Below, one piece after another: positions 17,647 through 26,171 of a stretch of 64,000 nucleotides of DNA (position 1 is its first letter; each line of letters begins with the position of its first letter). The DNA lies in the IMG/VR virus record IMGVR_UViG_3300027804_000063, positions 1-64,000 of that record. One strand, written 5' to 3'. The DNA is from a virus (Duplodnaviria; Caudoviricetes). The notes under the pieces are model-generated. The model was not told the DNA's origin. It saw only the letters and a list, made by a program, of their open reading frames with translations, and did not search any database. Position numbers and translations under genes: made by a program.

Positions 17647-18033
17647 ATGACAATCTCACGAACAGACAGATGGCAATACCGTTTCAATGCGCTCGTGCAA
17701 TACACCAACAGAACAGGAACATCACTCGTTCCCGCGACACAGGTTGAAGTGTACGAAGGGAAGAATGTCGCGCTCGGCGCATGGGTCGCGTACAACCGTC
17801 AGCAGTATCGCGCAGGAGAACTACCGCTTGAGCGAAAGCAAGCGTTGGAGCAACTCGCAGGTTGGCATTGGGAGAAGCAGAAACCTGGCAGACGCTACGA
17901 CATGACGCGAGACGCAGAGATCGCGAAGCGTTATCAGAGTGGTGAGCGCGTAGGAATGATCGCAGACAGTTTCAATCTGTCACGCCAACGGGTTCATCAA
18001 ATCTTGAAAAAGGTTTCATCACCAAATGTCTGA
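17647..18033 (+). CDS. helicase-associated (HA) domain plus C-terminal HTH protein
   Basis: W...F.AL..Y....G...VP...LG.WV...R...L..ERK..LE.L..W, then IADSFNLSRQRVHQI; apparently leaderless ATG. Confidence 0.75.
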   Translation: MTISRTDRWQYRFNALVQYTNRTGTSLVPATQVEVYEGKNVALGAWVAYNRQQYRAGELPLERKQALEQLAGWHWEKQKPGRRYDMTRDAEIAKRYQSGERVGMIADSFNLSRQRVHQILKKVSSPNV

Positions 18034-18370
18034 TTACGGTCATCAACACGACAAGCGCGATCATAACGCTTGGAAAAAGATGAGCGAATGGTCTCACAGC
18101 GTTCCTGATTACGAACTTGACGCATTGTGGGATGAAGACATTTGGAGCACAAATCTGCCACCTGTTGAGACGGGCGCACAGAAGTTTGGGAAGTTTCTTG
18201 TTGCGACACTCGGTCTCTTTATTGGTATCGCGCTCGTATCGGTTGTTTTCTATCAACTTGTTTTAGCGTTGGGTTTCACTGACATCACTTTCCGTGAAGC
18301 GGTGATCGCAACTGTGTGTGTCGCGTTTATTCGTTACGCCGACGCAGGAGTGATGAAACAACTCCGATAA
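18026..18370 (+). CDS. membrane protein
   Basis: two C-terminal TM helices. Confidence 0.6.
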   Translation: MSDYGHQHDKRDHNAWKKMSEWSHSVPDYELDALWDEDIWSTNLPPVETGAQKFGKFLVATLGLFIGIALVSVVFYQLVLALGFTDITFREAVIATVCVAFIRYADAGVMKQLR

Positions 18371-18499
18371 ACACATCAGGACGCACCCTTGCGAGTGCGC
18401 CCTGAGCGGAGAAGCGAAAGGTGAAAGGAGAAGTCCTTTCGTTCCTCTAGCGATACAGAATAACACATGAGTTATATGTCGTTCTGAAGCGATTAGGTT

Positions 18500-19993
18500 T
18501 TACCCCAATCGCTTTCCATTTAGTTTGAGATATGTTTCCTGCCAACATCTCGGATACCAACGGTTCGGTTTCTTGCCGACTGACAGTTGCTTCAACACCG
18601 CGAGACCGTCAGTGACATTGTGTGCCATAAACACTTTGTGCTTCAAGACTTCTTTTATGCAGTCCATTGCCAAGATGTCGTGGTATCCACCGTATTGACC
18701 ACCTGTGCCAAGACCGTGAACCTTGCCGTCAGTCACCCACACGATCGGTGTGGACGAACGCTTGCGTTGCTTCACTGCCCAACGGATTGCTTCTCCGTCT
18801 ACGCCGTTACCGCCGTTACGCTCGGGAAGTTTGTCAATCATTTTCCCGTTTTGTGCGAGAACGAGAAGGTTCGGTTTGACATTGTTTCGGTCTGCTGAAT
18901 AAACCGCAACCGTGCAACCTGGACTTGCTTCCGTGATGTCAAGGATGTCTTTGTTAGTGAAAGACATTGAACCTGAACCGTCAATCAGAACGATACCGCC
19001 GTTGCCTTTCTTGTATCGGTCAAACACACGCTTTTCGGGATCTGCGAGTGCGTTACCAATCCTGCGAGGGTTGCGACCCATGTTGCTCGCGACACGCTTG
19101 CGACCGAGACCGCCGTGCGCCTTGCGAGTGAGTGGGAGTGTTCCGACAATGAGTTTGCCCCAACTTGGAACAACACCATTGTTGCCCTTGCCGACTTCCG
19201 TAGGTCGTACCTTCTTTGGGTCTGCCTTTGGTTGTGCGTTGGTTGCGCCAACACCGCCCTTCCCGTCTTTCGTTGGGTCGTCCTTCTTTGGTTCGCCTTC
19301 GCCTTCCTTCTGACCGTTAGGTTCGTCCTGTTGCTCGTCCTCATCCTGTTGTGGTGGGTTCGCAAGACGATCTACCCACTCCGCAATACGCTCGGTGTGA
19401 GAGAAACCGAAAGGTGCAAGACCGTGACGAGGGTCTACTTCGGTTGAACCGAGTGTTCCCGTCTTGAACGCCTTGACAAACTCTTTCTCAACCGCCTTGA
19501 TGATCTCGCGCAATGTTTTCGCCCACGCAGGGTTCACACGCTTGACACCCGTGAGAAAATCTTTGCCACCACCACAGATTGAGTAACCGACCGCGATATA
19601 AACCGCCTGTGTCCAATCACCTGCTTCTGCGATACGAACGCCTGACGCTTTCTCACTTCCGTCCGCGAGGAGATCAACATCAAATCCTGCTTTCTTGATA
19701 AGAAAGTTCACGCGCACTTCCTCAACGACAGTCATTGCTTCCTCTGTCGCAATGCCACGCGCAATCCATTTCGGAAAATCATCCGCAGGTGAAAATCGTG
19801 CGTGTGCCATTTCGTGCGCACGGATAACTCGGTCAATCTGCTCGTCACCAACAGGAACAACCATGTGCTTCGTGACGACATTCGTCATTGGTTTGCCACG
19901 CACAGGTGCGCAAGTGTCTACGCGCCATACACCTGCGTCCTTATCTTTACGACCCAACATTTCGGGAAGTGGTCTGATTTCTACTTTCTGCAT
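18500..19993 (-). CDS. HExxH peptidase-like plus VWA domain protein (CobT-like partner)
   Basis: AHEMAH; LIDGSGSM MIDAS; VTDG. Confidence 0.8.
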   Translation of the reverse strand: MQKVEIRPLPEMLGRKDKDAGVWRVDTCAPVRGKPMTNVVTKHMVVPVGDEQIDRVIRAHEMAHARFSPADDFPKWIARGIATEEAMTVVEEVRVNFLIKKAGFDVDLLADGSEKASGVRIAEAGDWTQAVYIAVGYSICGGGKDFLTGVKRVNPAWAKTLREIIKAVEKEFVKAFKTGTLGSTEVDPRHGLAPFGFSHTERIAEWVDRLANPPQQDEDEQQDEPNGQKEGEGEPKKDDPTKDGKGGVGATNAQPKADPKKVRPTEVGKGNNGVVPSWGKLIVGTLPLTRKAHGGLGRKRVASNMGRNPRRIGNALADPEKRVFDRYKKGNGGIVLIDGSGSMSFTNKDILDITEASPGCTVAVYSADRNNVKPNLLVLAQNGKMIDKLPERNGGNGVDGEAIRWAVKQRKRSSTPIVWVTDGKVHGLGTGGQYGGYHDILAMDCIKEVLKHKVFMAHNVTDGLAVLKQLSVGKKPNRWYPRCWQETYLKLNGKRLG

Positions 19994-20054
19994 TTTTCCT
20001 TCTTTCGTTTCTAGGTTTATGTCTCTTGCTTAGGGAGACTTACTTACACCCCCC

Positions 20055-20075
20055 ACTTTAGGTGAGGGGTGTAGT
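20055..20075 (-). promoter_or_regulatory. ACACC-box promoter P4
   Basis: ACTACACCC-N6-TAAAGT. Confidence 0.7.
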
Positions 20076-20083
20076 GGGGTTTA

Positions 20084-20827
20084 TTAGACCGCGACCTTGT
20101 TGATCGCGATTGCGTCCAAGACGCTTTCTGCCTGTCGCCCGAACACCATTCGTGCGCTGTCCTTGTCACCAAGTGTCTTTCGCAGTTGGTCAAATGCGTA
20201 GAAGGTGCGGAGTGAAATCCTGCGCTCTCCTGCGTCTGCCATACGAACCGCATACTCACGCAAGTCTGCCGACAACTTCTTGAGTGCGTCAGGGTGAGGT
20301 TGGTTGATACGGATTGCGACAGGGAAACGGTCTTTCAACGCTTCAGGGAGTTCCTCCATTGTCTCAATGTTTGTAGTCATAACGACACTGAAACCGTCTT
20401 TCGGAGTGATCGTGCGTCCGTTTTCAGGACTTTCCCACTTCGCGCTTTCAGGACTATCGGTGAACGCGAGAAGTGTTGCGAACACATCCGCACCTGCCTT
20501 GTCAATCTCGTCAATGACGAGACGACCACCACGCAAACCGTCACCCTTCCATGCGGACACTGCCTTACCGTCCACCCAAGACCAACCGCCTTCGCCGTTC
20601 ATCTTGTAGTGACCCTCAACTTGCGCATTGGACATATCCTCTGTGCAAATGAGACGGAACGCTCCTGCGGTGACATCACCGTAGTTGAGACCTGCGAAGG
20701 TCTTGCCCGTTCCTGGGGGTCCGAACAGGATGAGACGATCTACTCCTGCCTTGAGTGCGTTCTCAACATCCTTCCAACACTGCGGAAGGTCGTTGCGCAC
20801 CTCTCTCTCTGCGACTTGCTGTTCCAT
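20084..20827 (-). CDS. MoxR/CbbQ-NorQ-type AAA+ ATPase
   Basis: GPPGTGKT, VIDEID, TTN, ALKDRF. Confidence 0.88.
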   Translation of the reverse strand: MEQQVAEREVRNDLPQCWKDVENALKAGVDRLILFGPPGTGKTFAGLNYGDVTAGAFRLICTEDMSNAQVEGHYKMNGEGGWSWVDGKAVSAWKGDGLRGGRLVIDEIDKAGADVFATLLAFTDSPESAKWESPENGRTITPKDGFSVVMTTNIETMEELPEALKDRFPVAIRINQPHPDALKKLSADLREYAVRMADAGERRISLRTFYAFDQLRKTLGDKDSARMVFGRQAESVLDAIAINKVAV

Positions 20828-20899
20828 TACTTTCCTTCTTTCTCCGAACCTTGTTCGGTCTAGTTGCTTATTTCTAGGTTTACTTGCCTTACACCCCCA

Positions 20900-20920
20900 A
20901 CATTACATTGGGGGTGTAAC
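20900..20920 (-). promoter_or_regulatory. ACACC-box promoter P5
   Basis: GTTACACCC-N6-TAATGT. Confidence 0.75.
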
Positions 20921-20929
20921 AGGGTTTGA

Positions 20930-21337
20930 TTACGCGACTTGCGCTTCTGCGTCTGCGTTGCTCTCGGACTTTGCGCCCTTGAGTTCCGTGACACGGATTT
21001 GCTCGTATGCGGTGATCGTGGTTACTGCGTCTGCGACATCTGCCTTGATGACACCGACTTCCACTGCTGACTTGAACTTCTTTCCGTCCACTGCGAACTT
21101 GGTGACAGTCTTGAACACCTTGTCCGAAACGAGACCCTTCAAGAGTTCCACGCTGTATGAAGGACGCTCGCCCCTCACAACCGCGACCTTTACTCCGTCC
21201 ACGACTGCGTAGTCCACGCCTTCCTTTGCGAGTTCCAACTTGAAACTTGCTTCCGCTTGTGCGAGTTCCTGCTCTGCGATCGCCAATGCTTCACGCTTTG
21301 CGAGAACTGACTTCGCTGTTGAGGTGATTAGTGCCAT
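20930..21337 (-). CDS. hypothetical protein
   Basis: AAGGAG RBS, promoter upstream. Confidence 0.7.
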   Translation of the reverse strand: MALITSTAKSVLAKREALAIAEQELAQAEASFKLELAKEGVDYAVVDGVKVAVVRGERPSYSVELLKGLVSDKVFKTVTKFAVDGKKFKSAVEVGVIKADVADAVTTITAYEQIRVTELKGAKSESNADAEAQVA

Positions 21338-21384
21338 TTGATTTTCTCCTTATGTTTAGTTGGTTTATTTGCTTCTTGTCCACC

Positions 21385-21405
21385 ACTCTATATGAGGGGT
21401 GTAAC
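21385..21405 (-). promoter_or_regulatory. ACACC-box promoter P6
   Basis: GTTACACCC-N6-TAGAGT. Confidence 0.75.
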
Positions 21406-21448
21406 ACGGTTATTTCTATTTCGTACTGACTAACTATCTATGATAGAT

Positions 21449-21477
21449 AGTCTAGTACCACTTTTGGGGGATTGCAA
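21449..21477 (-). promoter_or_regulatory. sigma-A-type promoter
   Basis: TTGCAA-N17-TAGACT. Confidence 0.6.
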
Positions 21478-21480
21478 CCT

Positions 21481-21756
21481 TTATTCCAAGATTTTTGAGA
21501 TTTCTTGATCCATATTGGTCACAAACTCCTGAACCACATTTTCCTCATATTCCGCAACGATTTGTCGCGCAATCGGGTTCAAGACCCGTGCGAGTTCCTG
21601 TGCTGTCCCTAACCGTTCTAACAGGGTTTCCTTGCGGTCGCTGTCGGTGTCAGGGTTCGTGGACTCTTTTGCGTCCTTGATTACCTGCCCACCTAATGCG
21701 GTTTGCAGAAGGAATACCTGATCTGCTGTTAGTCGGACTTCGTATCGCTTTGCCAT
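21481..21756 (-). CDS. hypothetical protein
   Basis: ATG 21756 after AAGGA. Confidence 0.6.
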   Translation of the reverse strand: MAKRYEVRLTADQVFLLQTALGGQVIKDAKESTNPDTDSDRKETLLERLGTAQELARVLNPIARQIVAEYEENVVQEFVTNMDQEISKILE

Positions 21757-21838
21757 TCTGTTTCCTTTCGGGTTGTTGTTGTTCATACCTTTATTACGCA
21801 ATGAGCCCCCAAAAGTGTGCGGTGTTTTTTAGAAAATC

Positions 21839-21871
21839 TTTTCCACAGGGTTATCCTCAACCTGTGGATAA
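21839..21871. promoter_or_regulatory. DnaA-box cluster (3 boxes)
   Basis: TTTTCCACA, TTATCCTCA, TGTGGATAA (perfect). Confidence 0.6.
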
Positions 21872-21882
21872 CTCGTTGAGGT

Positions 21883-21907
21883 TTATATACGCCACCGTCC
21901 ATGTTGG
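21883..21907 (-). repeat. box copy 7 (CGCCACCGTC variant)
   Basis: ttatata-CGCCACCGTC-catgttgg. Confidence 0.85.
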
Positions 21908-21981
21908 GAGATCACAGTCAGGATCGCTGATTCGTGCGCGCGCCCGCGCGTGAGCCCCGCATGGTTCTTCGCGAGAAGAAG

Positions 21982-22013
21982 AGCCCCGCACCCGCATCTT
22001 CAAACGCGGGACT
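21982..22013. repeat. AGYCCCG dyad 2
   Basis: AGCCCCGC-N16-GCGGGACT. Confidence 0.8.
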
Positions 22014-22017
22014 AGGC

Positions 22018-22057
22018 AAAAAGAAAGGGGAGGCTTTCGCCCCCCCTCTTATTTTTT
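22018..22057. terminator. intrinsic terminator (bidirectional)
   Basis: purine/pyrimidine stem with TTTC loop flanked by A and T tracts. Confidence 0.7.
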
Positions 22058-22059
22058 GA

Positions 22060-22197
22060 TTACTCCCAAGTAATCATTCCGTTTTCTGAGATGTAGGTTG
22101 GGAGTCCCATACTTTTGAGTTCCTCGTATGTGTAGGGATCTTTTTGGTTTTTGTTGATGTGATCAACATATCCCTTGTTTCTTTCTGCTTCTGTCAT
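22060..22197 (-). CDS. micro-protein (45 aa)
   Basis: MTEAERNKGY...ITWE; AAGGAG RBS, own promoter and terminator; not in ORF track. Confidence 0.65.
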   Translation of the reverse strand: MTEAERNKGYVDHINKNQKDPYTYEELKSMGLPTYISENGMITWE

Positions 22198-22236
22198 TTC
22201 TTCTCCTTGTTTTAGTTGTTCTTCCTTACATATATA

Positions 22237-22257
22237 ACATTACTGTAAGGGTGTTGC
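22237..22257 (-). promoter_or_regulatory. ACACC-box promoter P7
   Basis: GCAACACCC-N6-TAATGT. Confidence 0.75.
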
Positions 22258-22366
22258 ACAGTATTGACGCACGGAGAACCTCAAAATGTGTATGTCACAC
22301 TTTATCTAACTAAGTGCGTTATATGTATGTAGGCAACAACGCCTACCAAAGCGTTAGGAGACGCAG

Positions 22367-22510
22367 TTGGAAATCAACTACGAAGCAATAAAAGAAATGC
22401 GAAAAGCGTTGAAGCAAGAAATTGCAAGAAACGGGATCAACGAAAACAACAGGCAGTGGGTTCACGAACTGCGAGTTGCGATTGAACTTCGCGAAAGCGG
22501 TGTTTACTAA
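22367..22510 (+). CDS. micro-protein (47 aa)
   Basis: AGGAG RBS, TTG start, followed by a terminator; not in ORF track. Confidence 0.55.
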   Translation: MEINYEAIKEMRKALKQEIARNGINENNRQWVHELRVAIELRESGVY

Positions 22511-22517
22511 AACCACA

Positions 22518-22557
22518 AAGAAAACCCCAACTCAGAAATGGGTTGGGGTTCTTTTTT
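22518..22557 (+). terminator. intrinsic terminator
   Basis: AAGAAAACCCCAAC/GTTGGGGTTCTT stem then T-run. Confidence 0.75.
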
Positions 22558-22591
22558 GCGTTAGCCCCGCGTCTGATGCACGCATTCGCGT

Positions 22592-22622
22592 AGTCCCGAC
22601 ATCCGATGCGCGTAACGGGACT
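22592..22622. repeat. AGYCCCG dyad 3
   Basis: AGTCCCGA-N15-ACGGGACT. Confidence 0.7.
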
Positions 22623-22632
22623 GAGACAAAAT

Positions 22633-22671
22633 AAAACCCGCAGAAGATGGCTGAGTTCTTCTGCGGGTTTT
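22633..22671. terminator. intrinsic terminator (bidirectional)
   Basis: AAAACCCGCAGAAGA/TCTTCTGCGGGTTTT. Confidence 0.8.
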
Positions 22672-22674
22672 GAT

Positions 22675-22884
22675 TTAGTTGGTTGTTTCGCGGACTACCT
22701 GAAACCGATCGCCTTCTTCGGTGATCATTCCGAGAGTGCTTCCGTTGTCCCATTTGATGTGAACCGTGCCAAGTCCGTCAATATGGGTGACGACACCTTC
22801 GTCTCCCCACTTCAACTTCGTGTACGGGTCGCCTGACCGCATAAACATTACGCGCTTACCGACATAACTTTCTTTGTCTGACAT
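22675..22884 (-). CDS. DUF4314-like small protein
   Basis: D.Y..L..G..G.V..ID.LG.VH..WDNGS.LG. Confidence 0.75.
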   Translation of the reverse strand: MSDKESYVGKRVMFMRSGDPYTKLKWGDEGVVTHIDGLGTVHIKWDNGSTLGMITEEGDRFQVVRETTN

Positions 22885-23108
22885 TAGTAGACCCCGAACG
22901 ATATTCCGTCTGATGTCAGTCCGAACAACGCACCTGCGTCGTTTCCTTCTGTGTCCATTGACGGGTAAAGAATAGTTCCGCTAGAGAGAACGAGAACCAT
23001 TGGTATCTCATTCTTGCGCCAACCTTCTTTGTCCATTTCTGCTTGTGTCATTGGTCGGATATCAACAACTGTTGATCCGACAATGGTGTCGTCTATTGTG
23101 TCGCTCAT
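22884..23108 (-). CDS. hypothetical phage protein
   Basis: AAGGAG RBS; DTEGNDAGALF. Confidence 0.7.
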   Translation of the reverse strand: MSDTIDDTIVGSTVVDIRPMTQAEMDKEGWRKNEIPMVLVLSSGTILYPSMDTEGNDAGALFGLTSDGISFGVY

Positions 23109-23151
23109 TTACTTTCTCCTTTTGTTTAGGTTTATGTGAAGCGTCTCGCTG

Positions 23152-23406
23152 TTATGCGGACGCTTTTGGAAGTTTGAGACCTTTGAGTTCGCGTTCCAAC
23201 TCTGCGCCCTCAACATTGTTCATTAGGTCAATGAGTTCATCTAACCAAGTCGCAACGGGGATAGGTAGTGGTGTGACACGGAGATAGTCGTCGTACTTGG
23301 TGAGAACGCTATCTATCTCGCTCACTAATCCTGCGCCTTCAACATTGCGAACAATGTCAAAGATGTCGCGCAACAACTGTTTCCAATCTTGGTTTACTGT
23401 TTTCAT
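23152..23406 (-). CDS. hypothetical protein with internal repeat
   Basis: NVEGA(G/E)L repeated; RBS and promoter upstream. Confidence 0.65.
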   Translation of the reverse strand: MKTVNQDWKQLLRDIFDIVRNVEGAGLVSEIDSVLTKYDDYLRVTPLPIPVATWLDELIDLMNNVEGAELERELKGLKLPKASA

Positions 23407-23439
23407 TTGTGCTTCTCCTTTGTCTAGGTTTATATAACT

Positions 23440-23460
23440 ATCTTACTGAAGCGGTGTGAC
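23440..23460 (-). promoter_or_regulatory. ACACC-box promoter P8
   Basis: GTCACACCG-N6-TAAGAT. Confidence 0.75.
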
Positions 23461-23464
23461 AGGG

Positions 23465-23596
23465 TTATCCTGCCATCACCCGACTTGCTCCCACGATCCA
23501 CAACAACGACACTTCCAACGCCCAATCCTTTTCAGGGTTCTGAGTGTAGAACTCGTACCATTGCTTCGCTTCGTTGAGACATTCGCTGACTGACAT
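23465..23596 (-). CDS. micro-protein (43 aa)
   Basis: MSVSECLNEAKQW; TAATG coupling; not in ORF track. Confidence 0.45.
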   Translation of the reverse strand: MSVSECLNEAKQWYEFYTQNPEKDWALEVSLLWIVGASRVMAG

Positions 23597-23736
23597 TATT
23601 GACCATCTCCATTCCATCTGAACCCACGACATTCTTGCTTGTTACGCTTCTTGCGCTTGTCTGCGACACGCTGTGCCTTCAGGATATTCCTATCCGCGAA
23701 CGCTTGACGGTCTGCGTCATTCCATTTCTTATTCAT
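23596..23736 (-). CDS. basic micro-protein (46 aa)
   Basis: MNKKWNDADRQAFADRNILKAQRVADKRKK; TAATG both ends; not in ORF track. Confidence 0.6.
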   Translation of the reverse strand: MNKKWNDADRQAFADRNILKAQRVADKRKKRNKQECRGFRWNGDGQ

Positions 23737-24218
23737 TAGAACCTTCTCCTGTTTCTCCGCCACTCGTGGCAGTCGTGCTTTGCTTGCTCATCTACTTCTG
23801 CTTGCGTCATCTTTGCCGTGATCAACGGACGGTATCCGCACGAGTTACACGCGATACCGAGATATTCGGTGACACCTTGTGCCAACTGATATCCGTGAAC
23901 CGCCGTGTTGCCGTGTGTTCGTTCGTTGAGATAAACCGTGATGAACACTTCACAGTTCGCGCAACCGATGATCTTGACATCTTTGCCGTTTGTCGGTGCT
24001 TGCTTCGTAAAGAAGTCAAACTTGAAGTGCTTACAGGTTTCGCATTTGTCGTCAAGTTTGCGTGACTTGACGATTTCTGTTTTGCCCTCTGTGATTACTG
24101 AATACTCTTGTGGGAGTATTCCTTTCAAGGTCGCTTGATGAATGAGGTGATTTCGCACCAACCATTCCGTGTAAGGCTTTGCAACCTTTGCGACTTTGGT
24201 CTTTCCTTTCTTTGCCAT
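23736..24218 (-). CDS. multi-CxxC Zn-binding protein
   Basis: three CxxC pairs plus HDC; AAGGAG RBS. Confidence 0.7.
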   Translation of the reverse strand: MAKKGKTKVAKVAKPYTEWLVRNHLIHQATLKGILPQEYSVITEGKTEIVKSRKLDDKCETCKHFKFDFFTKQAPTNGKDVKIIGCANCEVFITVYLNERTHGNTAVHGYQLAQGVTEYLGIACNSCGYRPLITAKMTQAEVDEQAKHDCHEWRRNRRRF

Positions 24219-24261
24219 TTCTAGTTTCTCCTTGTTTAGGTTTATCTAACTCGCTACTTAC

Positions 24262-24282
24262 ACTATATACGCACGGTGTCAT
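24262..24282 (-). promoter_or_regulatory. ACACC-box promoter P9
   Basis: ATGACACCG-N6-TATAGT. Confidence 0.7.
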
Positions 24283-24353
24283 ATAGTTTGTGTCATTTAT
24301 AGACCTAATAATAAATATACTTCTAATATATCAGGGGCATAATATACCCACAC

Positions 24354-24374
24354 TTATCCACAGGCTGTGAATAA
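24354..24374. promoter_or_regulatory. inverted DnaA-box pair
   Basis: TTATCCACA (perfect)-ggc-TGTGAATAA. Confidence 0.65.
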
Positions 24375-24420
24375 CTAGATCACCCAACTCCACTTAGCAC
24401 TAAATACAAAAACACAGCAG

Positions 24421-24445
24421 TTATATACGCCACCGTTCAAGTTGG
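24421..24445 (-). repeat. CGCCACCGTT box copy 8
   Basis: ttatata-CGCCACCGTT-caagttgg. Confidence 0.9.
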
Positions 24446-24494
24446 GGTTGATGTCACGACATCACGACAGCAGATCCGCGATCCGCCAGCCCAC

Positions 24495-24526
24495 AGCCCC
24501 GCGCCCATCTTCCGATGCGCGGGACT
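24495..24526. repeat. AGYCCCG dyad 4
   Basis: AGCCCCGC-N16-GCGGGACT. Confidence 0.8.
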
Positions 24527-24801
24527 CACAAGTCTCGGCTTGTTCTTCGGGACTGTAGGATGCGTTTATGCCCCATCCATTCCGTCCGCGTAAAGAATCC
24601 CATAACTTGCAGATCGTTGAGATCATTGACGCGATCGCTCAAACTGAGCCCGAACTATTTGGCGTTGGGACTGCAACACTTATGCCCGTCAAGCACTCCG
24701 CACGGCTCACACTTGCAGACGATCTGCACCCCTACTATCAGCCCCTAACGCAAAATAGCCCGCCTACCGAACGGCAGACGGGCTAATTGTTTGAGTGCTA
24801 G

Positions 24802-25053
24802 TTACTTCGGTTGCGCCTCACTCCATAGGTGTCTAAATACGAACTTCGGAATCGGATGCCCGTCGTTCGTAAAGTAGTAACCATTCTCAAGTGTTGAATG
24901 ATCGGGAATAGTTACGATCTGACGCTTGCTAACACGCCCACCATACCAATACCCAACGATAAAGATATTGTGATCGCTTGTCGTCTCCCATTGCCAACGC
25001 GACTTACCGACATACCCCTTATAGGTAAGTTGAGTGCTCACGACTGCACCCAC
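24802..25053 (-). CDS. hypothetical protein
   Basis: co-oriented ORF; start uncertain (GTG 25041 possible). Confidence 0.5.
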   Translation of the reverse strand: MGAVVSTQLTYKGYVGKSRWQWETTSDHNIFIVGYWYGGRVSKRQIVTIPDHSTLENGYYFTNDGHPIPKFVFRHLWSEAQPK

Positions 25054-25289
25054 CCGTTAGGTGTGCGCATTGCGTATAGATACGGTATGACGCTCAGAAT
25101 GAGATCGGTAAGTGCCTGCGACACTTCATCCCGACTAGTTGCCATACCGTGAATGAAGTCGTCGTCAATGCGCCCATGAATGAGATCATCCACGATCGCG
25201 CCAATAACTCCGATACCTATCGCACCTATGCCGAGATAATTCTCCGCAAGGACTTCGCTAATAGATACCGTCTCCGTAATGTCTGACAT
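25038..25289 (-). CDS. hypothetical protein
   Basis: GAAGGG RBS-like sequence upstream. Confidence 0.55.
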   Translation of the reverse strand: MSDITETVSISEVLAENYLGIGAIGIGVIGAIVDDLIHGRIDDDFIHGMATSRDEVSQALTDLILSVIPYLYAMRTPNGWVQS

Positions 25290-25393
25290 AAATTGCCCTT
25301 CGTGTAGTAGTTGCTTAGTAATCGGCTTACGCCTTGTGCCTAGTTGGAATTGAATCCCACGCCGAACGCGCTAGGCGACTCACCTAGTGAGTG

Positions 25394-25831
25394 TTACGCA
25401 CCGTGTGCGCCGTCTCCACCCATTGAGATAAGTGTCGCACGCTCCCACACTTCACGCACTTGCTCACTCGCACCCGAGAGACCATTGTTGAGATAGTCAA
25501 TGACACGACTCTCAAACTCGCCCAACGCCTTCGCGCTATAACGCGCGATCGGTTGAGTTGCAACCGTGCCACACGGATAGTTCACCGTGTCAAAAATTGT
25601 GAACTTCACGACTTCGTAACCGTTGCCACGATCGTAGTGTGCATAACGGATATGCGCACTGAATTGCTTGCGATCTGAATCATGCGAGATACTCAACTTG
25701 ACTAGTCCGCCAACTTGCTCACCGTCAAACTGAATTGACTGCGAAGGACTGCGCCAAGTGTAAGAGACTTCACGATCGCCCACCTTGCGAGTGGCTTGTG
25801 CGAAGTTCGCACCTTGAGTAATAACCGACAT
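25394..25831 (-). CDS. hypothetical protein
   Basis: AAGGGAG RBS and promoter upstream. Confidence 0.7.
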   Translation of the reverse strand: MSVITQGANFAQATRKVGDREVSYTWRSPSQSIQFDGEQVGGLVKLSISHDSDRKQFSAHIRYAHYDRGNGYEVVKFTIFDTVNYPCGTVATQPIARYSAKALGEFESRVIDYLNNGLSGASEQVREVWERATLISMGGDGAHGA

Positions 25832-25880
25832 TATTTGCTCCCTTGTCTAGTAAATATAAGCGGAATTGCTTATACAAATA

Positions 25881-25901
25881 ACTATACGCAAGGGGTGTTG
25901 C
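25881..25901 (-). promoter_or_regulatory. ACACC-box promoter P10
   Basis: GCAACACCC-N6-TATAGT. Confidence 0.75.
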
Positions 25902-25988
25902 ATAGTGTGACTGCACACGATCAGGTAAATAAGTGAGATATCGCTCATCCGCCATAGCCCGAGATCGGTATCTACGATCGTAGATATT

Positions 25989-26013
25989 TTGTATCCGCCA
26001 CCGTTCAGGTTGG
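25989..26013 (-). repeat. CGCCACCGTT box copy 9
   Basis: ttgtatc-CGCCACCGTT-caggttgg. Confidence 0.9.
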
Positions 26014-26058
26014 GGACTTCAGATCCGCCCCTCCCCGCGACGCGCGTCCGCGCCCGCG

Positions 26059-26090
26059 AGCCCCGCGCGCTGAATTGTTGGCGCGGGACT
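26059..26090. repeat. AGYCCCG dyad 5
   Basis: AGCCCCGC-N16-GCGGGACT. Confidence 0.8.
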
Positions 26091-26139
26091 GATGCGGTTT
26101 ATGCCATCTTCAGACAGTTGATCTTCAGATCAGATCAAA

Positions 26140-26170
26140 AGCCCCGCGCGCGTCTTCGTGTGACGGGGCT
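26140..26170. repeat. AGYCCCG dyad 6
   Basis: AGCCCCGC-N15-ACGGGGCT. Confidence 0.75.
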
Positions 26171-26171
26171 G

